A stretch of DNA of 64,000 bases. It comes from Cyanophora paradoxa CCMP329. Taxonomy: Eukaryota > Plantae > Glaucophyta. The position numbers and the translations under genes were made by a program. Each line of letters starts with the position of its first letter. Positions within the stretch are counted from its first letter, which is position 1. Where the stretch lies: positions 1 to 64,000 of the forward strand of contig QPMI01000081.1 of the NCBI GenBank assembly GCA_004431415.1, read 5' to 3'. The notes beneath the pieces are model-generated. The model was not told the DNA's origin. It saw only the letters and a list, made by a program, of their open reading frames with translations, and did no database searches. Shown piece by piece: positions 1 through 11,580 of the stretch.

Positions 1-1100
1 GGCGGCCTCTTGTATGTGCTGCCTTAGTACAGCCTCCGGGTTCTGAGCCTCCGTGTACTTGTTTATAATATATGTGCGCAAAGCCTCGTAGTCATTTCGA
101 TCGAGTGCGGCCTCCCGCTCAATGCAGCGCACTAGACTCGTGCCGTGAGCTGATTCGACCGCCGAAGGCACTTCATAAGTGCGTTCGCGCGCGCCTTCGA
201 AACCTCCGCGGGCGTGTCGCCCTCGATACTAGCGCTAAAGAGATCATACTCTTCAAGGAAGCGAAGTATCTTATTGCCTCGCAGTTCAGGCAGTGGAAGA
301 TCCTTTCTATCCGAGTCCACCTTAAACTGCTTGATAGCCTTAGCTACGGCTTCCGTCGCCGCTACTGCTGCGTTGGCAGCCTGCACAGCCATTGCTCCTG
401 TTTGATTGAAATAGGATATGCTACCGAGCAGGGCGGGTTGGAAGGGAGGGAAAAGAAACTTTGATGTCACTGCGCTCGTTCCAAAAAGGAACGTATAAGG
501 AACCGGTCACAGAGATCGATATACAAAGTACGGGCGCACTGCCTCCGGGGCCGTAAACGACGATCCGAAGCACTGAGAACCGATGCCCAAAAGTTGACCG
601 TCAGCGGATGTACAGTCTACAAGCGGCAAGACGTATACGTACTTTTGAATTCGCAGTTGACGCCCGTTTACCCACGCTTGACGCCGGAGGCCGAGCCGGA
701 CGGCGAGGACGGTGAGTAGCCGCCGTCTATAATCCAGTGACCGTCGGCACAGCGCACGAGAAAACCGTTATCGGGGTGCGGGGTGCACGTGCCGGTCGAA
801 TTCTTCTCGCTGGGCGTGTCGGGGAAGAGCGTACGCTCGAGATCCTCGGGCTCGGCCTTGCGGTTGCGCGGCACCAGCGTCTTGCCGGCGCCCACCTTGA
901 CAGGCGTACGCGCGGTCCCGGCGCCGACTCCGGCCGGGGGCGCGACGTAGACCGGCGGCTGCTGAACGGGGGCCGCGTAGTTGACGGAGGCGCCGGTGTT
1001 GGCTCCGAAGAAGTACGACTGACCGACGTCCGGGAACTGATCAAAGATCTGTTCGCGAAGAAAAAACGTCGGTTGCGGCCACTTGACTGGCTCTTAGCCG
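1..1100 (-). pseudogene. gag-like ORF remnant of the LTR element
   Basis: ORF 132-470 (LPLPELRGNKILRFLEEYDLFSASIEG...ARANALMKCL) continues after a frameshift near 160 as SLVRCIEREAALDRNDYEALRTYIINKYTEAQNPEAVLRQ, resembling a retrotransposon gag capsid segment. The upstream Pro-rich frame (668-1080) contains stops. Confidence 0.55.
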
Positions 1101-2073
1101 ATGACGGCCTAGTCGCGCACGATCTGTTTTAACGTCGGCGGCGAGCTCACCTTGCCGCGAAGGTCGGGGCCAGTGGCACAGTCACCGGAACCGGACGACG
1201 CGGGGTCGATCGACAGGCGCGGCGTAGTAACCGGGTAGGATCCGTGACCGCTTGGTCTCCCGATCGAGTCTCGGTTTGCGGACGGAGCTTGTTCGACTCC
1301 GGGGAATGGAGTACTTGACCGAGGTCCGGCGCTCTTCCCGTCTCCTCGGTGCGAGTACCGAGTCCAGCCGCAGTCGCGCCGACCGGAGTGCCTATCAATG
1401 GAATAGTTCAGAGACAAGCCTTGATAAAATTACGAATCCGTTAATTTGGCTGGTGTCGTAGGGCGTGGGTTCGACGGCCGTTAACGCAGCCGTCGAGCAG
1501 GCCCGTGAAAGGTGACTAGAACCCTTCGGATCAAGGCTTCTGACTATCCCACGGATCTCTAGACGGGCAGTAGGGGGACTACGCACACGACGGGCTCGTG
1601 GTGGTCAGAGTAGCCTGGACCCGTTGTAACCGGCCCCTGCTGAACAACAGCAGCGGCGCCTCGGGCAGAACCGGCGTAGTATTATTACAACCGTGAGAGT
1701 CGACATTGTGAGCCTAAAACGCGGGTTTTGATCAGCGGCGGTTCACAAGAATCAGGGAAAGCATGTCGTAGGAATCAGACTCAGAGCACCGTACGAAGGT
1801 GAAGAGAGTCAGGTGGGCGGGGCGTCGGCGCCTAGCTTGCTGCGTGCGGCAGCAACCAGGCGGGCTTCGCGGACTGCTCCTTTCTGCGAATTACTGCGAG
1901 TTATCGAGTCGGCTTATAATAAGGGACGGGTACCACCGTCTTCGTTCGATCCTCCCGAGAATCGCCGATTTCCGGAAATTCCGGAAATCGGAGGATCCTC
2001 GTCAATAGTCGCCAGTCCTTCGACGGCCGAGTACTAGTGCCGACGGAAGCCGGCTCGCCAAGTTGGCTCGTAA

Positions 2074-2387
2074 TGTTAATTGCCCTAGCGTCGTGAGCTA
2101 GTTAGATAAATAGTTATCCATATGGCTTTTCTTGCGTGCCCATGCCACGCCGTAGTTCGTGCACGTCCGTTGTTCGGAGCTTGCAAGTTGCTCCTGGCCT
2201 GATCGTCCGAGCCCTTAGGCTGGTTCGATTCGAGCCTTAGGCTGGACTACCGTAGAGATATAGTGCTGCAACGCCGGACCTTTCCGGGCTTCGAGCCTGG
2301 ATTACTACGTATACTCGAGTGCGGCTAGTTAACTGAATATTATATTCGGTCGAAAAGCAAACCGGGTACGGCCACACGGCCTTAACA
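2074..2387 (-). repeat. 5' long terminal repeat (314 bp)
   Basis: Perfect 6-bp terminal inverted repeat TGTTAA...TTAACA (TG...CA rule), with a TATA-like CTATAT near 2258-2263. It abuts host ankyrin-gene sequence at 2388. The partner LTR is not in the window. Confidence 0.72.
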
Positions 2388-5300
2388 ATGAGAGCGGGGG
2401 TTTCGGTTGCCAGAGTTGAGCGAACGAGCGGGTTGCAGTGCGCACCTACAGAAGTATCGCTTTCCCGCTGGGAGGACACGATGTCGACGTGGAGCCAGAC
2501 TGTCGCTTTGCGAAACGGTGCAGGGGCGTCTCTCCGTCCACATTTTGCATCTGCGCCAGCTTTGGGGTTCCGTGTCAAGCAAAGGGCCCGGAAGCAAGCG
2601 CTTGAGACGCATCGCACCTCGGGCATCGGTGCAGAACTTTGAGAACAAAGGCAGCGCGCCGTCGGTTCCAAATCCTGTGAGGTGCAGGCAACAGTTTCAT
2701 TGAAGTCCTGCCGAGTATGGATCCGGAGTGAGTGTGAGAAGAATCTCGAAGCGGTTATGATTAGAGGCGCAGGCTCCGATCCGTGCCTGGGCCTGGGGTC
2801 GGAGAAGGGCAGGAGGGCGGCTGCAGCCGCAAAGTTCCCTTCAGCACGCCAGCGCCAACGGCGTCCGTCCTGCGGGTTGGGCCTCAGATGCAGGTTTGTG
2901 AACGCAGACCGAGAGTTCGAGAGCAAGAATGAGCAGACCAGGGTCCGTAACGGAGAGTGCGAATTTGATGCTCTGCACAGCAGCTGTGGCAGATGCATGT
3001 TCATGTGAGAGCCAGCAAGGTGGGGTGCGGCAAGGTTCGGCGCACATCATGATCACTGTCGCTGTCCGCGGCAACAGCGCATCTGGCGCTGCACTGACAG
3101 CCTCAAACAACTATCCGGCCACATCGCATCCTGCGCTGCAGCGTGGACCATCTTGTAGCTCTCCAGCGGAGTTCCTCGAAGGACTTGGCGGCATATTCTG
3201 GCATCAGTGTGATAGCCGTGTACTGCAGAAGCGCAGTCTTTTCTCCAGGTATACGTATAATTTGATCGCGTCGACGTACTGGAAGATCACCTCTTCTGCC
3301 TTAGTAACCTCGTAGTCCGGAGGCCTTGAAGCTCGCCGGAGGGCGCAAGTTCGCCCAGGGTCTGGAGTGATCGAAAATGGATGAGAAGGGTCCTGCATGC
3401 TGCGGCAATGGTCGTAGGGTCCAAGCAGATGTGAAGTATGTCTCTTATCGAAACTGCCGCAACCAATGCCGCAGCCTGTGGAAGGCACCAGTGAGGTCGT
3501 GCACGAACTTGGCGAGCGCGCAGCAATGAGTGTGACGGCAAGCCGAGCGCACGCACGTAGTGAAGAGTGTGTACCCGTGCTCGTCTGTGGTGCCGTTCAC
3601 CTTTGCGCCCCGAGCGCAGAGACCGGCCATCACCGCCATCACTCATTCTTGCCTACTGTTCTCAGCGCGATGTCGACGCCGCGGCCCCCATGAAGTTCGG
3701 TGGGGAGGATTGAGACGAGGAGGTCCAGAAGGCGGGGGCTCCGGATCGTGGGTGCCAGCGGGCGGGTCGGCGCCGCGCTCCGAGGAGAAGCTTGGCGATC
3801 TGGAGAAAGCAGTTTCGCACGCCACCAGCAGCGCAGTCTGCGGTGGATATTATTGCTTAGCAGTGAATGTACATGAGTGCGCAGTGCATCGATCTAGAAC
3901 AGATCTGAAGCACACGGAACGGATCTTTCGGTTGTGATTGTGTCACAGTGGGTCTTTTTAATTATAATGTCCTCCGTCCCGTGGCCAGGGAAAGCACCAA
4001 TACTCCACGTATAATAATAATTTCTACATATCTTTTAATTCTATAATAAATTCTACATAAATGCCTGCTCACCTTCCTTTCGTGTCGCTGTATCGTAATC
4101 AAAGTCCGCATCCTCAGCATTCAGCAGAAGCAGAGCCGCCTGCTCATCACCGCGCGCGATGGCCGCGAGGAGCGGGGTCTGCCCCTCCGCGTCCTGAGCG
4201 GCAAGGACCGCAGACTGAGAGTTCGCCTGCGCATGTTCTGCGGTGCACATGCATATGTGCAGTGCTGTCAGTGTTGGCCACGCGTGCGGGAGCAGTGCAA
4301 GTGCTCTGGGCGTGAGTCGACGCACCAAGAGCTCGCGAAGGACATCGCACCCCTTGTCCAGTCGCTGTGAACGAGGTGGAAGGCGGTGCGGCCGTCTCGG
4401 TCCGCCGCAGCAGGTCGATCGGTCTTGTAGAGCTCGACGCCTCAGCAGTGCTCGAATCGCCGAACCCGCCTTGTGGCTTGCAGCCGCACCAGTGGAGTCC
4501 GCCCCTCGGCATTGCGGGCCCGCTACCTAAGCCTGGAAGCAGAGGGCTATCTTATGCTAGTTCAGAGAACGCACCCTTGGCGCTGGCGGCATCGGGCCGG
4601 GCTGCAAAAAGAGTCCGCAGGGCGAACGAACTGTTGTTTTGGGCGAAGGTGTATGCGAGCGTGTCCCCGCCTCGTTCTGCCGGCAGATTAATATTCAAGA
4701 ACGGCTCATTAAAGCATGGCAGCCGCCGCAGAGACGCACGACAGCAGTGCAAGCGGATCGCGATCGCATCCGAGCGCCAGGAGCAGCCGGAAGGCCAGCA
4801 CAATTCCCCGGCTGGGCTGTTCGCGGTCGCCCATCCGCGTTAAAATACCCTGTACGTAGTAGAGGAGGATCCGGTTGACATATAAATTTGGAGGGGAGGC
4901 TATATATATCAAAGACAGCAGGAAATGTGTGCCTGAAGCGGGGTCCGGCCCGTGTCGTATGAACGAGCCTCGACCAGGCTAGACAGGCCCCAGCGCCGCA
5001 TTACCGAAGCCCATTTCTCCACGAACGATGCGCAGTCCTCTTCTTCGAGAGTCTTGTAGCCGTCGAGTTGCATCGCAGCCTCCACACTGGATTTTAAATG
5101 AAGTGCAGCGCCGTTCTTCCGCTAAAAGGTGGACCTGGAGCCAGCATGCGTGACACGCATTGGGTGCGGCGCATCCCACGGCCGCGGCAGGCGTCGCCAC
5201 GGGCCGGGGAGCACGCGGCACAGGGGTGACGCCGCGCTCGACGAGCTTCGAGGCCACATCCAGCCGGCCAGCCTTGATCGCTTCTGCGTATATATGTGCA

Positions 5301-6452
5301 CGGCGGTTCAATATATTAACCAGCCGCGAACAGCTCACGCAGAAACAAGTGTGCGGACTTAGGAAGAAGGTCAAGCCGTCCTCGTCGGAGCCGTCAAGCC
5401 CCGCACAAGAAACCTTTGAAATTCCGTCCGCCTTATGCAGAGCATCCTTCACGAGAGGAGTTAACGTTGAACAGCATGAGCAGCATTGACTTATATATCA
5501 ATAACAGGTACTCGTGGCGTACAATGACCTCTCGAGAATAACCATCTGTCGCTCCCGCGGAGTCTGCGGATCTAGGACTCCAGCGAACTGCGATTGCAAC
5601 GGCGTTCAAAGCTGCAACTGCAAGCAAACGCACAGCCAATAATTTATAAGTTAATCTTGTCATGATCATGCTAACCTTCTGGTAGACGTCTTGGACGTGG
5701 ACGTCGAGCCGGGGCACCGGAGGCGCGAGAGGATTTCAGGGCCCGGGAGGAGTGGGAGGCGTCGCGGCGCAGGCCTTTGATGCGGACTTCGACCTGCGCA
5801 TGCGCCAGTCTCACGCGCGCGCTGCAGGTGCAGGCCTCTGGGCCAGCCGGGGTGCGAACGGCGGACCAGAAAGAGGTGCTGCAGGCTTGGAGCGCAGCTG
5901 ACGAGGAGGTCTTTCAGAGCCGCCTCCGACACGCGGGCGTCCGCCAGGTCCAGCGAACGAAGCTTCGGCAGCCTGGCGCTTGTCATCAGAGATGTGCGGA
6001 GCAGCAGATCTAGAGCAGCACAATATTTAATGCGGGCTCTCATGCATATGATCACCTGTGTTTGACGAGGATATCGATTGCGGAAGCAGGCTGGGAATCG
6101 TTGTCGAGCTGCGCGCGGCGCCACGCACGGGGCCAACAAGTCAGGTCAGGATAGCAAGAGGCACTAGTACTTGGCTAACGGGAGATAGAGAGTTTGAAGT
6201 GTGCCAGAGCTGGACGCGAGCAGCGAGTCGAGTGCGTGGGCGCTCAGGCCGACGCCGGCCGCGTTGAAGTGTTCGAGCTGCGGAAGCGCCGGCAGCGATT
6301 TGAAGGCGTAGCGGGAGCCATTCTCGCGGCAGAGGAAAGCGAGAGAGAGGTGCGTCAGGTTGGGCCCAGCCGCCGCGATACACTGCGCCGGCTCGGATCA
6401 GGGCACGTGTACGCAGACCAGCGGCGACCTGGCAACGCGGCCGGCCGCGGAC

Positions 6453-9095
6453 CACTAGTAGATAGGGGGGGAAGTGACATTATTCTGACAGTACTCTGAC
6501 ATTATTTATAATGTCAGACCGATATTATTCTGACATTATTTTTGTCCGACTTGATATTATTCTGACATTATCCCAAAATGTCAGAATACTGTCAGAGTGA
6601 TATCAGATATAATGTCATGTTGATGTCACAAAACATCAATCTAACAACATACTACTGTCTAATAGTACTGCGCCCGCCGCCCGCGCCCGCGCCGTCGTCC
6701 GCCCGCGCCTCTCTTCCGATCCACCTCCTGCAAAGAGGAGAACATCAGCCAGCCAGCAGCCAGCAGGCGTTAAGGCCAGAGCGGAGAGGGGGCGCTAAGG
6801 TCGGGGCGGGGAGGGGACGCTAAGGCTGGAGCGCCGGGGCTGGGCGGGGCGGGGGACGCTAGGCTGGAGCGCCGGAATTCTAAGGCTGGGCAGGGCGTAC
6901 CTTCATCGAGCATCACGCCTTCCGGCAGGCAATCTGGGGCGCGAATCAGCAAGGCGAGCCGGCCTCGGCGGGGATCGGGCGGCGGCGAGCGTCCGGCCGG
7001 GAGCAGCGCGTACCTTCATCGAGGATCGCGCGGCGAAGTCGCGCGGGGCTGCACGCCCGAGGCAGGCAAGATCTGGGGCCGCGAGTCAGCAAGGGCGAGC
7101 GGGCCTCGGCGGGGATCGGGCGGCGGCGAGCGTCCGGCCGGGAGGAGCACGTACCTTCATCGAGGATCGAGGGGAGCGGCCGCGCCGTGCTGCAGCCTGC
7201 AGCTGCAGGAAGCGAGAAGCGCGGGTCGTGCAGTCGCGGCCGCGGGTCACCACGGAAGCGAGAGCGCAGGCCGGTCAAGCACTCCTGCGTGAGAAGATTA
7301 GCAAGAATAGCCCACAGAGCGACCGCAGCGCGTCCGAGAGCACGAGTTCGCGGATCGGACTGGGGGCTGCGGACAATGCGTTCGGGCTCCGGGCGGAAGC
7401 TGCCCGCTTCCTAGAGCTTCCTGATCAGCAACAGTGTGCCAGAGGCCGGCAGCTCGCGGAGACGGGCCGCGGACCTGATTCGACGAAGTCCGCCCGCGGC
7501 CGCTCGCGCTGCGACCTGCACGCGTACGAGGTGCACGCAACGCTAGAGAGGCCGTTGCTGCACGCTCCGCTCGCCTGCAACCGCCGCAAGGCGCAGGAGT
7601 AGGCAGCGAGGGCTCCGATATTTGCGCTTGTGTACCCAGTCAAAACCGGTACCAAGCTCGAAGACCTCGCTCTTAGCTGGAGGCATGCAAGACAAGCGGC
7701 GAGCGCAGATATGCGCTGGAGACACTAGCTATGAAGAGTGGAGAGCGCCGCGTCAGGAGAGACACTAGCTATGACGTCGCCCAGATTTGTGCGGCATCAC
7801 AGCAGACCGTTCGCGCTTAGCAGCGCACGGAGAGCCACATGAGATGCTTGGTGCGCTGGATCGGTCCCCGCGAGCTCCCGTTGCCGCTCTCCGCTTCCGC
7901 GTTCGGGAGAAGTCGCTAACCCTGCAGTTGAAGCGCAGCTCCCCGCTCTACATCACACGAGTCTTGCGCCGATGTAAGAATGCCATTCGCATGCTTCAGC
8001 CCGACCGACGCGATTCCGTGCAGGCCTGCCGGGTCGTGCGGATTCCTTGCAGCTTCGAGAGCGGCTGAGGCAGCGCGCAGTCAGAACGCTTTACAACCGC
8101 TTTCCGATCGATCTCGTTGCAGGCGAGCCGCGGCCGCGGCCGCGCCGCGCCCGAGCGCCGAACCCCGCCGCAGTTTCATGACCGCGCGGGCCGCACCCGT
8201 GCGCCCCGCCCCAATCGCTGCGCCTTGCAGTGATCCTCGCCTCAGATGCTCGCGAACAGCCGTGTGGGAGCGGCTCCTCCGCCGCTCTTCCCGTCTTCTA
8301 CGCGATCTCCACCGCGCCTGGCCCACTGCCGAGGTAGCCGACTTAGCTCGCCGAGGTAGCCGACTTTCGGCCACTCTTTTCCTCACACTAGTCTGTATCT
8401 AACCTCAAGTTCTGCGTGTCCAGATTTCGGAGGCGATCTGTCCAAGCGAAACTGCAGCGAAGCTCCGCGCTTTCTGGTGCGCGCTCGCCAGCCCACGGCG
8501 CCGCTCTCAACCTTTATACATGATATTAATGTCTCTTTAATGCGCGCTGCAACGTACCTCGGATCGCCCCCATCCGAACACCCCTCACCTGCTCTTAATC
8601 TGAAATTATCTGACATTATCTCCTAGGGCGGCCACCGGAGGCGCACCGGGCCGCTTCCTGTGCGCGGCTTCCCGTGCGCGCCCTGACACGGCCCATCCAT
8701 ACGGCGGGCGCGGCGGCCGGCGTCCGGGGAGCGCCGGCCCGAAATCTCCTTGCGGGGCCGCCTGGGCGGCCGCGCGCGTATAGTACGGATGTTTAGTATG
8801 AAGAGGCTATATATTGTCAAAGTAAAGTCAAGATAATATCGGGCATGTTGACATTATTCTGACATTAAACCGGCGCAAGCGGACACTCTCATCGAAAGAG
8901 CACCGCCCAACGCTAAATGTTGGGCCGGGGACGCCCGCCGGCCAGTTGCCCGAGCTGATTCTAGCATTTGGAGTTCAAGTCTCGCGCTGTCTAGTAATGT
9001 CAGAATGATGTCAGAATAATGTCATTCATTCTGACATTTTAAATAATGTCAGAGTAATGTCAGAATAATGTCACTTCCCCCCCTATCTACTAGTG
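6453..9095. mobile_element. Non-autonomous CACTA (EnSpm/CMC) DNA transposon, element 1 (2643 bp)
   Basis: Termini CACTAG...CTAGTG with a 38-bp perfect TIR CACTAGTAGATAGGGGGGGAAGTGACATTATTCTGACA, extending to ~66 bp with 2 mismatches. 3-bp TSD GAC at 6450-6452 and 9096-9098. Many subterminal TTCTGACATTA / TAATGTCAGAA repeats. No transposase ORF visible. Confidence 0.95.
6890..7170 (+). repeat. About 2 diverged copies of the ~141-143 bp internal repeat of the CACTA core
   Basis: GTACCTTCATCGAG recurs at 6897, 7010 and 7151. It is the reverse complement of the 143-bp unit at 45080-45587. Confidence 0.85.
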
Positions 9096-10315
9096 GACCG
9101 AGAGATATCGGACTGGGCGAGTTGGTGCAGGCCGCTGAGCAGAGCCGCCGGATGTGCACGCCCATCCTCTCGCAAGCCGCCACGATAAACCGCGCGCTGT
9201 CCCCGCGCTGGTACGGTGCGGAGCATGCGCATGTCACAGTGAGCGCATGCATATTGTGGTGAGTACGTTTATACGTACTATTCGCAAGCGCTCAGCGGCT
9301 GCTCCGCATCACGATCGGGCGCTAGCGCGAGCGGCGCCGCGGCGCACCGAGAAAGCGGCTCCTCATAGAGCAATCTGTCCCAGCAGGCCGCCCGGAAGAA
9401 GCGGGACGAGTGCCCTAAGCCCAGCGCCAGCGCCTGATGCCCGACAGAGCTTGCCACGCAACGAAGGATCTTCACGAGTACGTTGTCTGGCAAGGAGAAT
9501 CATCGGAGATCTAGATGCATATGCATATGGACGCGTACGACATCGGCGATCAGCGCCAGCGCTGTGCTCCGTCTTAGAAACTTAGAAACCACGCACCGTC
9601 GATGCTTTCGAGCGTCGATAGGCCTAGGCCTTGGGAGAGATTGCATGCATATGCATGCGAGATTGCGACTGTATTGCAGCCCACCGGAGGCGCGCGCTGC
9701 GCAGCCAAGCTTTCCTTATACATATGCGGTTGCCAGCTGCGCATGCTGCAGCTCAGCTGCTGCAGCTGGCCGGTCAACGTCGCCGCCGATCGCGGATATC
9801 GCTGGCCGGCTGTTACTCGGAAGCTGTACGTATACGAAGATAGATCTCGCAAGATCTAGAGTGCCTGAAAGCTGGATCTCATGAGAATGGCTGGAAGCTG
9901 CATGGTCCAGGTCCGGTGGATGGGCCTGATGTGTCCGGGTGCGGCTGATCGATCCGAGCGCCTCACTGATCATGAGTCAGAGCGCTGCACGGCGGCGGGG
10001 TACAGCGCTACATGCAGCGTGGAGCGGAGCCGGCGCCATACTGCAGTCTGCAGACTCAGTGACTGCAGCTGCAGTCTGCAGTATGCATTGCACTGGACCG
10101 TGGGCCGTGGCCCGTGGGCCGTGGCCCGTGGCACACACAATAATATATAATATCAAATTTACGCCGGATATTAATTATAATGCGCCGGCGTACGTATATA
10201 TACGCGTATTTACGTATACGCGCATACTTATGGCAGCGATTATAATTTATAATTAAAGCGGCACCATGCAAATTAAATAATTAATGCGTTTCGAGTAATT
10301 AACTTTTGACGCTCT

Positions 10316-11549
10316 TAACTAAAGGTTTGCAAATGTTTGCAAAATTGAATGCGCCGCATACTGCCAGTCATGCGCGCCGGATTACTTGTGCATTCAGGAA
10401 GCGCGGCCCTCTCGTGAGTGCATGTGCGCAGTGCAGTGCAGCGCTCCCCCGCATGTGCGGAGTCCGGTCCCCCACCCAGCGCAGTGCTCGGCTCGGCAGA
10501 TCTAGAGACAACCGCAGCGGCCTCGTCGGTTTCGAGAGGAAAAACAATGCCCGCAGGACCCGGGGGCGTCGGGGACCCGCCGAGCCGGCCCTGGGCCCCG
10601 CGGCCCCCTCGCCGCGCGCCCGCCTCGTCCTCGCGGCGGGCCAGCGACGTTCTCCGCCAGTCCGCGATCGCCTCGAGCTCCCGCGCCGCACCTACCGCCG
10701 GCCCCCGCGCGCGCCGCTCCCTTGGGGTACCGACGACCGGCCCGCCGTGTGCGCGTACCCCTGCTGGGACCGCAGGTCCAGCGGATTGCTGTTCGCCGTA
10801 CCCCCACCCTTGATGATCTGCGGAGGACGGAGAGGGACAGGAGTCAGCGATTGGGACGGTTTGCGGATTCGACGTCCGGGTGGAGGAGGAGAGGGGGGGG
10901 GAGGTGGGGAGGCGGGGGGGTACCTCGAAGTGGGAGGCCTGGCGGTAGAGCTCTGCCGCGGGGCCGTGCTGGTGCCTGTCCCCGCGGCACTGCGAAGAAT
11001 TGAGCCGACGTTGGCGGGCTAAAAATAGGACCGGGGGGGGGGGGCAGTAAAGGGGGATACGGACCTGGGAGACGACGGCGAGGCCCCGCGGCGTCAGCTG
11101 GAAGAAGACGTACGGCCTGCGGGCGCCGGCGACGGTGAGTCGGACAGGTGATCAGGAAGATTTGAAGCTTCATTTTCTGTTAAGGTTAAGAGTCCAGATC
11201 AGATCGAACGTCTTATCCGAGACTTTGATCCAGCTAAACCGGAGATTAGATCGGATCAGATCGGATCAGAGGGCGGACCGGGAGCGGTCGGAGGGGGAGA
11301 GGATGAGGCACACCGCCCGGGCCGATCCCGCTGCGGCCGAAAGATCATCAGACGGGGAAAAATAAGGGTGGGGGGAGGGGAAGATGGGGGTACCTGGAGG
11401 GCGGCGAGCGTGTGCTGGTCGTTCGCGGAGAGGGCGGCGGGCCGCTCGGGATCGAACTGAGGGGGGGAGGGAGGGTGCCGGTCGGGCCGTCAGGAGGAGG
11501 CGGGGACGGTGATATCGATTTGAGACTAGGTCATGATGTTATGTGACTA

Positions 11550-11580
<31 letters not shown>

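Larger units (their letters stand above)
1..2387 (-). mobile_element. LTR retrotransposon, 5' portion (probably Ty3/gypsy-like), degenerate; runs off the left edge of the window
   Basis: The minus strand begins TGTTAAGGCC at 2387 and the LTR ends ...GCAATTAACA at 2074. A PBS-like TGGCGAGCC follows at 2060-2052, then intron-less, stop-interrupted gag-like coding sequence down to position 1. No pol lies in the window, so the superfamily is inferred. Confidence 0.75.
2400..9970 (-). pseudogene. F-box / leucine-rich-repeat / ankyrin-repeat gene, multi-exon, disrupted
   Basis: Spliced F-box LSTLESIDDNVLVKILRCVASSVGHQALALGLGHSSRFFRAACWDRLLYE (~9630-9350). LRRs GPNLTHLSL, LPQLEHFNAAG, LPKLRSLDLADARVSEAALKDLLVSCAPSLQHLFL (6385-5870). 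Ankyrin units AQDAEGQTPLLAAIARGDEQAALLLL (~4200-4120), GRTPLALAC (~2870-2845) and QNVDGETPLHRFAK (~2548-2505). Contains frameshifts and a CACTA insertion, with the LTR element at its 3' side. Ends approximate. Confidence 0.7.
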
